Positions 53,313 through 64,000 of a DNA stretch of 64,000 nt are shown one piece after another. Source of the stretch: Eledone cirrhosa (taxonomy: Eukaryota); assembly GCA_964016885.1 (NCBI GenBank), contig OZ024760.1:18538001-18602000 (forward strand), given 5' to 3'. Each line of letters opens with the position of its first letter. The first letter of the stretch is position 1. A program made the translations under genes and the position numbers. The notes under the pieces were generated by a model. It had not been told where the DNA came from, did not search any database, and worked only from the letters and a program-made list of their open reading frames with translations.

Positions 53313-54322
53313 AAGTCTAAATTTATGGAACCGACTACAACATAGATAATACTTTTGAGAAGCTTGAAATTCTAGCTAGAATCCAAAGTACTGCATCAGT
53401 AGCAGAATCTCAACAGATCTCTAAATGAATAAAAACAAAAACACCATGAATTACAGTAATATTACCAATTCTATGTATCAAAACATACATCCTGATAAAT
53501 AATAAAATGCTTACCCTTTTAGCATTTACATTACGTTATTATATACTACTGTATTTTCTCTGTAAAGTCTTTATCTTATATAATAACTCACATAATATTG
53601 AATCTATGAGATTTTGGTATTATTTATTTTGAGAACAATACCTTAATTTAAGTATGAGTGGCTAGTTACAGCCAGTTTGAACAGAAAGGTGTGAGGGAAT
53701 TCTGGAGTGGCTAGTTACAGCCAGTTTGAACAGAAAGGTGTGAGGGAATTCTGGAGTGGCTAGTTACAGCCAGTTTGAACAGAAAGGTGTGAGGGAATTC
53801 TGACTGGTTATGGCCGGTTTAAATGCTAAAGAGTTAAACAAGTGAATATATATATATTGGTTTCTTGAGATAATCCAGAGAGATATTGCTGATGGAAGAC
53901 ATCAAAACAGTTCATAGTTTCCTAGTGGCTGACATAGCTAGAAAAGATTTCGACAAAATAATTAAATATATAAATACATAAAAATGAATCAAAACAAAAC
54001 AAACTGAAAAATGAAATTATTACAGGAAAAAAATAATTGTTCTTTTGTTGGTTTGAGTCATTAGACTGCTGTCATGCTAGGACACTGCCTTGGTTTAATC
54101 AAACATAAATGAAACATTTTTTCATGCTCAGAGTTGCTGAAGCATGGAACAAACTACCTGCATCAGTTGTTAGCTGTCGAGACACTGCATCCTTTAAAAC
54201 CTCCATGGAACAAACTACCTGCATCAGTTGTTAGCTGCCGAGACACTGCATCCTTTAAAACCTCCATACATATTATTCTATATATATATACATATATATA
54301 TACATACATACATATATATCCT

Positions 54323-54383
<61 letters not shown>

Positions 54384-54395
54384 CATATATATCCT

Positions 54396-54433
<38 letters not shown>

Positions 54434-54481
54434 ATACATACATATATATCCTATACATACCTATACATACATATATATCCT

Positions 54482-54518
<37 letters not shown>

Positions 54519-54655
54519 CCTATACATACATACATATATATACATACATATATATCCTATACATATATATATATATATACATATACATACATACATATCC
54601 TATACATATATATATATACATATACATACATACATATCCTATACATATATATCCT

Positions 54656-54697
<42 letters not shown>

Positions 54698-54799
54698 AGT
54701 TCTGTACGAGCGAGACACAGTCACCCAAAATCTTGCCTCAAGTGGGACAAACCTGTCCAACCCATGCTAGCTGAGGGACAATAATTTCCTCACCTATCT

Positions 54800-54919
54800 C
54801 TAGCAGAATAACCTTTCACATTTGGTGTTAGCTCTGGCCTTGTTTTTCACATCTTCACACCAAGTGTACTCCATGCAGATTTCGTCATAGTCAGTCATGT
54901 TAATATTTCCACAGGATAT
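54800..54919 (-). CDS. RGS-domain gene, putative last coding exon
   Basis: TTCTTGTAG acceptor, phase 0, ISCGNINMTDYDEICMEYTWCEDVKNKARANTKCERLFC*; no motif support. Confidence 0.5.
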   Translation of the reverse strand: MSCGNINMTDYDEICMEYTWCEDVKNKARANTKCERLFC

Positions 54920-55114
54920 CTACAAGAAGGGAAAAGCGGATGTCAAATGATGATGATGATGATGATGATGGTGGTGATGATGATGGTGGTGGTGGTGGTT
55001 CTTAATGTACAATTTTTGATTCTATATTTCTCTTAGAATGCTGTAGACTATACCCCTGATGAGTATTCTGAGTCTACTGTAGTTTAACCCTTTAGCATTT
55101 AAACCGGCCATATT

Positions 55115-55727
55115 CGGCCAGAATTCTCTTACCTCTTTCTGTTCAAACCGGCTGAATCCGGTCAGAATTCTCTTACCTCTTTCTGTTCAAACCGGCTGAA
55201 TCCGGTCAGAATTCTCTTACCTCTTTCTGTTCAAACTGGCTGAATCCGGTCAGAATTCTCTTACCTCTTTCTATTCAAACCAGCTGAATCCGGTCAGAAT
55301 TCTCTTACCTCTTTCTGTTCAAACCAGCTGAAACCGGTCAGAATTCTCTTACCTCTTTCTGTTCAAACCGGCTGAATCCGGTCAGAATTCTCTTACCTCT
55401 TTCTGTTCAAACCGGCCGAATCCGGTCAGAATTCTCTTACCTCTTTCTGTTCAAACCGGCTGAATCCGGTCAGAATTCTCTTACCTCTTTCTGTTCAAAC
55501 CGGCTGAATCCGGTCAGAATTCTCTTACCTCTTTCTGTTCAAACCGGCTGAATCCGGTCAGAATTCTCTTACCTCTTTCTGTTCAAACCGGCTGAATCCG
55601 GTCAGAATTCTCGTACCTCTTTCTGTTCAAACCGGCTGAATCCGGTCAGAATTCTCTTACCTCTTTCTGTTCAAACCAGCTGAATCCGGTCAGAATTCTC
55701 TTACCTCTTTCTATTCAAACCGGCTGT
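55115..55727. repeat. 44-bp tandem repeat (~14 copies) amplified inside a piggyBac MITE
   Basis: ccggtcagaattctcttacctctttctgttcaaaccggctgaat matches the subterminal MITE sequence. Confidence 0.92.
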
Positions 55728-56344
55728 AACTAGCCACTCATACTGATGTTATGGTATAATCTGTTTATACACAAAACCCACACACCAACACATACACCCA
55801 CACACACACCAACACATACACCCACATACACCCACACACACACACACACACATACCCCCCCCCACACACACACACATACACCCACACACACACACACCAT
55901 ACCTGGACACTCATAATGATGTTACGGTATTGTTAACAACATAAAAAATTGTTTCTACTTTAGGCACAAGGTCAGCAATTACCCAGTACATTACTGGTAC
56001 TTTATATTATCGACCTGGTAAGGATGAAAGGCAAAGTTAACCTCGACGGGATTTGAACTCAGACCGTAAAGGGACGTAACTATGCGTCAAAGCATGGCGT
56101 CTGACCCTCTACCGATACTGCCAATCCACCGCCCTAGCATGGCGTCCGACCCTCTACCGATACTGCCAATCCACCGCCCTCACAAAATAAATAATATCAA
56201 AATCTCATAGATTCAATATTATCAGATAATTATGTGAAATAAAGTGTTTACCAAGAAAATACAATAGTAAATATAAAGTCATTTAAATGCTAAAGGGTTA
56301 ATTATAATTGATAGTTTGTGATCAATAACCTGTTATATACTTAC

Positions 56345-56539
56345 GTTTTTGTAAACCCATTCTTCCTCCACGAGAAACTGATACCAATATTTCACTAAAA
56401 TTTTGAGAACATGTTCGATAGCTTTATCAAACATATGTCCCACTGGATTATTGAGAGAATTCCAAATTAGTGTTATGACATCAAGCTCAGCATGGACACA
56501 GAATGGGCTGCCTAGCTCAAGGGACTGAGAGTATATGAA
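56345..56539 (-). CDS. RGS-domain gene exon (RGS helices 5-9)
   Basis: FIYSQSLELGSPFCVHAE...LNNPVGHMFDKAIEHVLKILVKYWYQFL matches the RGS pattern IY..GSP..V...P...FD.A...V..L.....FL; TTTTTCCCCAG acceptor, GTAAGT donor. Confidence 0.85.
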
Positions 56540-56684
56540 CTGGGGAAAAAAGAATTAAATACAACCTTAAATATTTGATGTATATATATATATACATGTA
56601 AAAGGTAAATAGAAATAACAACACAATCGGTACAGTAGATGGAAGGGATATATTAGGTTAACGGTTGATATAGCAGGAAGAGGG

Positions 56685-56720
56685 TCTTAACGTTTTGGAC
56701 GCTAGTCCTTCATCAGAAGA
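56685..56720 (-). ncRNA. Mutated hammerhead motif (family F), GAAA changed to AAAA
   Basis: Identical to 41664-41699 except at the G12 position. Confidence 0.6.
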
Positions 56721-57144
56721 AAGAATGAGAAATAAGATAGATTGAGGGACCGGGCAGGATGGAATTGGAAAAAATGTCTTTAGATAAAAATAATAGGTCT
56801 ATTAATGTCAATATCTCTTGCAAAACTGTTGGTGCTGGTGTTTTATGTATGATTTATTTTTTAGAAAAGTGGATGGTGGAACATTTGCTCCTTATCAAGA
56901 TTGTGTACTCTCGTTTCTGCTACCCACTAGAACTGCTGATAATATATATATATATATTTATTAAAATAACATATTAAAGTTTAAGTAAAGAATCGCTAAA
57001 ATCCTGTTAAGGGTGAGAGCAGCGGTTCTTTGCTTAAACTTTAATCTGTTATTTTAATAAATATTTGCTCTACGGTTCTTATATATTTGATATATATTTA
57101 TCCTTATCGAGCCCTCTTTGGATTTTAGTTTTCGCATTTATTAT

Positions 57145-57205
<61 letters not shown>

Positions 57206-57229
57206 TTTGGCTGTGATTTTCTCTTCCAG

Positions 57230-57520
57230 GTTACACACATCCTGCCGCAAACTTTGATACAACTCATTTGCAATGGAGATCACAAGATAAACACATATCT
57301 ATCTATCACCTGGCACCTCGAGTACCTTCAGGTGCTCACAGCCCTCTACCAAGCGGAAACGGCAATCAGCAGAGACTCCACTTCGACATTCTATAAGGGA
57401 TTTGTGGAGGATAAGTGCGATGACATTCTCAGGGAAACTCTTGTCATCGAAGAGGACGAACTGACCAGTCTGTTCGGGAGGAAGGACTTTCCGGACTTTC
57501 GGTCCAGAGCCTATGGATAA
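57230..57520 (+). CDS. Candidate nested antisense terminal exon, unknown product
   Basis: Strong acceptor ttttctcttccag, 96 open codons to TAA, GC-richer than the flanks; upstream exons not established. Confidence 0.35.
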   Translation, partial: VTHILPQTLIQLICNGDHKINTYLSITWHLEYLQVLTALYQAETAISRDSTSTFYKGFVEDKCDDILRETLVIEEDELTSLFGRKDFPDFRSRAYG

Positions 57521-57576
57521 CTTCCAGAGGTCTCTGGCCTGGCAATGCTACAGAAAACAATTGACAGTTGGCTTAC

Positions 57577-57678
57577 CTTGGCATATCTGCCGACGGCAAA
57601 CATATTCTGGGGTTGTCTGTAGTTGAGTTGCAAGAATTTCTGAATGGTGTGCCATAGATAAAGACAGTGAAGTGCAGA
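57577..57678 (-). CDS. RGS-domain gene exon
   Basis: SALHCLYLWHTIQKFLQLNYRQPQNMFAVGRYAK (L-x-[FL]W helix 4); phases 0/0; AAG|GTAAGC donor. Confidence 0.82.
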
Positions 57679-59141
57679 CTATGAACAGCAGCGAAATTGT
57701 TGTTGTTGTTGTTGTGGTGGTGGTGGTGGTGGTCGTTGTGGTAGTTGTTATCGTCGTAGTTGGTAATTAGGAAATTGTTTGAGAATTGGGGGTACCGAAC
57801 CGAAGAAAACAGGAGGAAGAAAGAGACAAAGGAAAAAGTATTATCATTATTATCATCATCACCATCACCATTATCACCATCCTCATTATCATCATCACTA
57901 TCATCAACATCAACATCAACACCATCCTCATTATCAACATCACTATCAACATTGTCATCAGTACCGACATCTCCATCTCCATCACCACCACCATCATCAT
58001 CTCCAATATCCTCCTCACCATCATCATCACAATACCATATATATAAAGTCTAAAGTCTGCCCCAAGCCAGTGCTTATCCTGGTTTCTCTGGCGTGAAGTG
58101 ACAGAGTACAAGACTCCCCCCCCCCCCTGGATAGGAAGCTAGTTTACCTCAGGCTTAAACCCCTAGCTATTGCTGCTGGTACCCATCTTCAGCTGAGTAT
58201 ACAGCAGCAATGGGTGAAATGAAGTGTTTTGCTCAAGAACACAACACACAACTCAGCCCAGGAATCGAACCCACGACTAACACCCTTACCACTCGGCCAC
58301 ATACCTCCACCAGTAAATGTATCTAAACTATAATAAAGTAACGAGTGCGGGACTGCGTCCAGAATATGTTTTTGTTTTATCCCGTTTGTAAAATAAGTTG
58401 GATTATTTTGAATAAATAATTGTTTCTACTTTTGGCACAAGGCCAGCAATAACCCCAGTGTATTACTGGTACTTTATTTTATCGACCCCGGTAAGGATGA
58501 AAGACAAAGTTAACCTCGGCGGGATTTGAACTCAGAATGGCATTTGAATAGATAAGGTGGATTGGCAGTATCGGTAGAGAGTCGGACACCATGCTTTGAA
58601 GCATAGAGTTACGTCCCTTTATGATCTGAGTTCAAATCCCGCCGAGGTTAACTTTGCCTTTCATCCTTACGGGGTCGATAAAATAAAGTACCAGTAATGT
58701 ACTGGGTAATTGCTGGCCTTGTGCCTAAAATAGAAACAATTACATAATTTATCTATTAAAATTTCGTTATTCTTGATTAAATATAAATAATTTGGTTGCT
58801 TATTTTAAGATTTACTTTTTAAAAATATTCAAATGTCAACACTTCCGGTTAGCGATCGCTTAAATAAACATTCATATATTTCTGTCACTAATTTTCTCCT
58901 AATGCAGTTTATATATATTATCGTCTTTTTTTTAATGAATCATGGATTACTTTACTGATTACATCAGACAATGTAACACAGTCTTCGTTCAATTTCTGTT
59001 TATATTGTCAATTAAGATTTTATTTGATATATCATATCTACATGTATATATACTTGCGTATAATATCAATATACACACTACACACCGAAGGATGGTTTTT
59101 CTGCTAGTATAGATAATAGATAAAAAAATAAAATTCATTAC

Positions 59142-59472
59142 CCTCTTATTCAAATCATTTAAGAAATTCTCGAAATAAAAGCCACTATCGAATTCGTTTG
59201 TCAAAGCATCCAACAGAGAAGACAGAAGTCTTATTTTGATATCACGCTGTCCGCTAGTTGCTGTGTCATCAGATGTTCCCCATACATTATCAAAGATATC
59301 CTTTTCATCAAATATTCTCTCTATGTGCAGCTCTTTGGGTAATGGGTGTTCCCTTTGTGCCCAACTTTTCTCTGTGTTTCCAATGCACTCTATTTTTACG
59401 GGTGTCAATTTAGGTAACATTGGCAGATCTTCGGGCTCATGGTACATTACAATACTTGCAATCGGTACATCG
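59142..59472 (-). CDS. RGS-domain gene exon (start of RGS domain)
   Basis: ...LDALTNEFDSGFYFENFLNDLNKR with G..F..FL helix 3; phases 2/0 fit the neighbours. Confidence 0.82.
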
Positions 59473-59749
59473 CTGGTAATTTAGGGTAAAAAGAGAAGAG
59501 AAGGAGTAAACCATTTTGTTACCATATTTCTAATGAAACACACTACCCTCTATGGTTTTTCAAATAATTTCAAAAATAATCAAGAATTTAGTAATACAAT
59601 TTACTTTCTGAATAGGGTGTTTGGAACATAACTTAACAAAGGTTCTTATATAAATTATGATGGAAGGCTTTAGATCAATATAAACACTTTAACCCTTTAG
59701 CATTTAAACCGGCTATCATCATCATCATCATCATTGTTTAACGTCTATC

Positions 59750-60615
59750 TACCCCCCACAACCACCACCACCACCACTACTACTACAACTAGCCTCACCA
59801 CCATTACCACCACTACTATTTACTACTACCCTCACCACCACCACCACTGCCACCATCATCACCTCTACTACAACTACTACTTAGTAATACTCTCACCACC
59901 ACCACAAATACTACTACTACCACCACCACCACCACCACCACCACAAATACTACTACTACCAACACCACCACCACCACAAATACTACTACTACCAACACCA
60001 CCACCACAAATACTACTATTACCAACACCACCACCACAAATACTACTATTACCAACACCACCACCACCACCACAAATACTACTACTACCAACACCACCAC
60101 CACCACAAATACTACTATTACCAACACCACCACCACTACTACAAATACTACTATTACCAACACCACCACCACCACTACAAATACTATTACTACCAACACC
60201 ACCACCACCACAAATACTACTACTACTACCAACACCACCATCACCACCACCACACATGCTACTACTACCAACAGCACTACTACCACCACCACCACCACCA
60301 CCACCACCACCACAAATACTACTATTACCACCACCACCACAAATACTACTACTACTACCAACACCACCATCACCACCACCACACATGCTACTACTACCAA
60401 CAGCACTACTACCACCACCACCACCACCACCACCACAAATACTACTATTACCACCACCACCACAAATACTACTACTACTACCAACACCACCATCACCACC
60501 ACCACACATGCTACTACTACCAACACCACTACTACCACCACCACCAACCCCAACACCACCACCACCACTACCAACACCACCACCATCACCACCACCAACA
60601 CCACTACTACTACTG
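59750..60615. repeat. Compound (CCA)n/(CTA)n trinucleotide repeat with a ~30-bp super-unit
   Basis: caaatactactactaccaacaccaccacca reiterated; intronic. Confidence 0.9.
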
Positions 60616-60656
60616 AACATCACCAACCAACCAACCAGCCAAGAAAGGTAACTCAC

Positions 60657-60883
60657 TTATTGCTTGCTATCTTAGGGAGTTGCTGGTTCTTGGTTACAGT
60701 ACTGATCCGTGACGTCTCCTTTTTTAGTTTCCTTTTCTTTTCCCCATTAACAGCATTCATATAATTATTATTAGTTGCCTGATTTCCGTAGCTTTCCAAT
60801 GTCGAAAGCAAATACGATCGACGTATGCCAACGGGATAGTTCAGAGGAGGTGGAGGCAATTCTAGGATTCCATCTGGATGAAT
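60657..60883 (-). CDS. RGS-domain gene exon
   Basis: IHPDGILELPPPPLNYPVGIRRSYLL...EKKRKLKKE...; TTTTCAG acceptor, AA|GTGAGT donor; phases 0/2. Confidence 0.75.
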
Positions 60884-61175
60884 CTGAAAAATGGGATATA
60901 TCATCATCATCGTCATCATCATTTTACGTCCACTTTTCCCTGCTTGCAAGGGTGGGATGGGAACTGATGCTGGCTTGATTTCTACAGCTGGATGCCCTTC
61001 CTAACACCAACCACATTTACAGTGTGGGACTGGGAGGTTTTTACCGTGTTGCCTACACGGCCACATTACAGCGTGTGTTTTTTTGTCGTGACACCTACAT
61101 GATCTCGTTTGTTTCGGCCTGGATGTTGTGGCAGCAACATAACTTTGCATTGAAGGGGGCGGTGTGGATGGGGTG

Positions 61176-61219
<44 letters not shown>

Positions 61220-62300
61220 TGCACAGAAACCATTAGTGGATTGGCAGTATCGGTAGAGGGTCGGACGCCATGCTTTGCAGTATAGAGTTACGGCCCCGAA
61301 TTCAAATCCCGCCGAGGTTAATTTTGCCTTTCATCCTTACGGGGTCGATAAAATAAAGTACCAGTAATTTACTGGGATAATTGCTGGCCTTGTGCCAAAA
61401 GTAGAAACAATTATTATATATATATAGGGCGGTGAATTGGCAGTATCAGTAGAGGGTCAGACATGCTTTCCAGCATAGAGTTACGTCCCTTTACGATCTG
61501 AGTTCAAATCCCGCCAAGGTTAACTTTGCCTTTCATCCTTACGGGGTCGATAAAATAAAGTACCAGTAATGCACTGGGTAATTGCTGGCCTTGTGCCAAA
61601 AGTAGAAACAATTCTTATATATATATATATAACGAAGGAAGTGTGGTAAGGAACCAGGTGGACCATAATGCACCAGAGTACTCAATACTATGGGTAGTAG
61701 AGTGGGTAATAGGAACGAGTAGGACCCCAACGGCTGAGCTCCGCTTGTTTCAACACCCAGTTCAGAACTAGCTGTTGAATATATATAATAATTATTTCTA
61801 CTTTTGGCACAAGGCCAGCAATTACACCAGTGTATTACTGGTACTTTATTTTATCGACCCCGTAAGGATGAAAGGCAAAGTTAACCTTCGCAGGATTATG
61901 GTTTCTTATATAGGCACAAGGCCAGCAATTTTGGGAGAGGGGAAAGTCGATTAAATCGACCCCAGTGTGTGACTGGTACTTTATTTTAACCTCGGCGGGA
62001 TTTGAACTAAGATCATAAAGGGCTGTAACTCTATGCTGCAAAGCATGGCGTCCGACCCTCTACCGATACTGCCAATCCACCGCTCTACATATATATATAA
62101 TAATAATAATTGTTTCTAGTTTTGGCACAAGGCCAGCAATTACCCAGTACATTACTGGTACTTTATTTTATCAACCCCGTAAGGATGAAAGGCAAAGTTA
62201 ACCTCGGCGGGATTTGAACTTAGAATGGCAAGGGCCGTAACTCTATGCGTCAAAGCATGGTGTCTGACCCTCTACCGATACTGCCAATCCACCGCTCTAC

Positions 62301-62339
<39 letters not shown>

Positions 62340-62518
62340 AAAGGATGATTTGTTATGTCTTCTTTACTTTTATTGAGTAGTGATGGGTGTTGAGCTATTG
62401 ATTCCAGAGTCGGGCCAGATCAATACAGATCAAACCTTGTGCTGATCAATAGCGAAGCACACACGTCACTTCTCAATAAGCATAATGAAGACAGCTAAAC
62501 CTGCATAGGTGTGAGCTG

Positions 62519-62572
<54 letters not shown>

Positions 62573-62608
62573 CGAAAACTTAGGTAGTATCAAAATATCT
62601 ACTCTTAC

Positions 62609-62786
62609 CTTAGGTTTTGGTTTAGGGACATCAGCAGTTACTACCTTGTACAGACAGCGTGTCTGATTATTAACCTCCTTCCAATCTGGATCGTTTTTAT
62701 CATAATCCAACCTTGAGGGAAATTTCGCCTTGCTCCTCATTAAATTGGTGTAGCTAGGGTACTTGGATAGATCCAACTTCAACAAT
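62609..62786 (-). CDS. RGS-domain gene exon (gene starts right of the window)
   Basis: LLKLDLSKYPSYTNLMRSKAKFP...VPKPKPK; TTCTGTTTAG acceptor, AAG|GTAAGA phase-0 donor. Confidence 0.72.
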
Positions 62787-63054
62787 CTAAACAGAAGGTA
62801 GTGTGGTACCCTGGATGTTTAAGTAATATAGAAATAGGTGAATGAAATACACACACATCTATATGTGTGTCTGTATGTATATATATATATATATGTTTTG
62901 CAAGGTTTTTGATATGAAATCGTGTGTCGAAACAAATATTGTTATACTTGGGGAGGGTCATATTGTTATAATATTGCCAGAAATAATAACAGAACACACT
63001 CATTGTTTGGTTTGGGTTGGTTTTTGCTTCTGTATCTTTTATATCTCCAAACCA

Positions 63055-63180
63055 AACAATGTTGATGCCCTAAGGACAGACACTGGTCTGTTGGAGACGC
63101 AGGACATGGCAGCGATAATGAGGGACAGAGACCGCTGGAGAGAACTCGTCCATGGATCTCGGGAATTTTACCCGCCCTAG
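63055..63180 (+). mobile_element. Extreme 3' end of a second RTE-like LINE family
   Basis: VDALRTDTGL...MRDRDRWRELV, a typical RTE C-terminus, ending in TA repeats. Confidence 0.55.
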
Positions 63181-63233
63181 ATATATATATATGCACAGAC
63201 ACATGTGTATTTGTATGTGTGTATATATATATA

Positions 63234-63264
<31 letters not shown>

Positions 63265-63379
63265 TATTAAAAGGAATTCCAACTTTGTCTGATGTACTCG
63301 TTTTATTTACAATCCTTTAAAATTTATAATGGTATTAGAATGAAATAGTATGATAGAATATTAAATGTTAAGTGTTAAT

Positions 63380-63418
63380 TGAACAAGTACTTTCATGCTT
63401 TCACAATCTTCAGGTTCA
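63380..63418 (-). ncRNA. Minimal hammerhead ribozyme motif (family H)
   Basis: Reverse complement of 63504-63542 with one C>T change that keeps a G.U pair in stem II. Confidence 0.7.
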
Positions 63419-63503
63419 TAATGTGTGGTGACAGTCAAGTTTGCAAGTTTCAACTGTCACCACACATTTTCAGCTGTGCAAACTTGACTGTCACCACACA
63501 TTA

Positions 63504-63542
63504 TGAACCTGAAGATTGCGAAAGCATGAAAGTACTTGTTCA
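63504..63542 (+). ncRNA. Minimal hammerhead ribozyme motif (family H)
   Basis: tgaac-CTGAAGA-ttgc gaaa gcat-GAAA-gtaCTT-gttca; GNRA-capped stem II, palindromic AGTACT stem III, perfect 5-bp stem I. Confidence 0.75.
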
Positions 63543-63821
63543 ATTAACACTTAACATTTAATATTCTATCATACTATTTCATTATAATACCATTATAAAT
63601 TTTAAAGGATTGTAAATAAAACGAGTAAATCAGACAAAGTTGGAATTCCTTTTATTAATATAATCTTCTATACACAATCATACACACCCGTGTATATTTA
63701 TCTATCTATCTATATATATATATAATTTATTTTGAAGAAACAGGGGTCTGTGTGGTTGCCAGATAAAGTGTATTTAGAAATAAGAAGAAAGCAAAATATA
63801 GGATATTTCCCATCTCTATGC

Positions 63822-63863
<42 letters not shown>

Positions 63864-64000
63864 CACACATACATACATATATATATATTTATTAAAATAA
63901 CAGATTAAAGTTTAAGCAAAGAATCGCTGCTTATATATATAAGTTATTCCGGGTTGAATCGGAGGTAACCACAGTAAGAAGGTACTCAATACATAGCAGA

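Larger units (their letters stand above)
63267..63660. repeat. ~175-bp-arm palindrome with one hammerhead motif per arm (family H)
   Basis: 63267-63443 is approximately the reverse complement of 63485-63660; follows a (TA)n tract. Confidence 0.92.

Noticed and set aside
53320-55087. Short protein-like plus-strand frames at ~53320-53428, ~53879-53980 and ~55037-55087
   Set aside because: Each ends in a stop, lacks a linking donor and has no recognisable motif; unsupported without RNA data
59734-60656. 305-aa Pro-rich and ~260-aa Gly/Val-rich ORFs
   Set aside because: Trinucleotide repeats that are open in several frames inside a well-defined intron

Overview
Eukaryotic, AT-rich, microsatellite-dense DNA. 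The repeat families suggest an octopod cephalopod (inference). Four spliced minus-strand genes were reconstructed by hand with consistent GT-AG sites and phases: (1) the 5' part of a signal-peptide-bearing flavin amine oxidase; (2) a complete 424-aa BMP5/6/7/8 (gbb-class) gene; (3) a complete ~2127-aa PRDM15-like PR/SET protein with 23 zinc fingers, two AT-hooks and a 95-residue Q/E tract; (4) the 3' part of an RGS-domain gene. Introns and intergenic DNA hold tRNA-derived SINEs, RTE and CR1/L2 LINE 3' ends, piggyBac/hAT/Tc1-pogo MITEs and TE-derived minisatellites. The main unannotated signal is at least 17 minimal type-I hammerhead-ribozyme motifs (C[T/C]GANGA-stem II-GAAA-short stem III-NUH, closed by stem I) in about eight unrelated short repeat families. 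They sit in (TA)n tracts, and four loci are fold-back palindromes with one motif per arm. This looks like a Penelope-like/retrozyme-type non-autonomous system. Most short ORFs in the supplied track are microsatellite artefacts.
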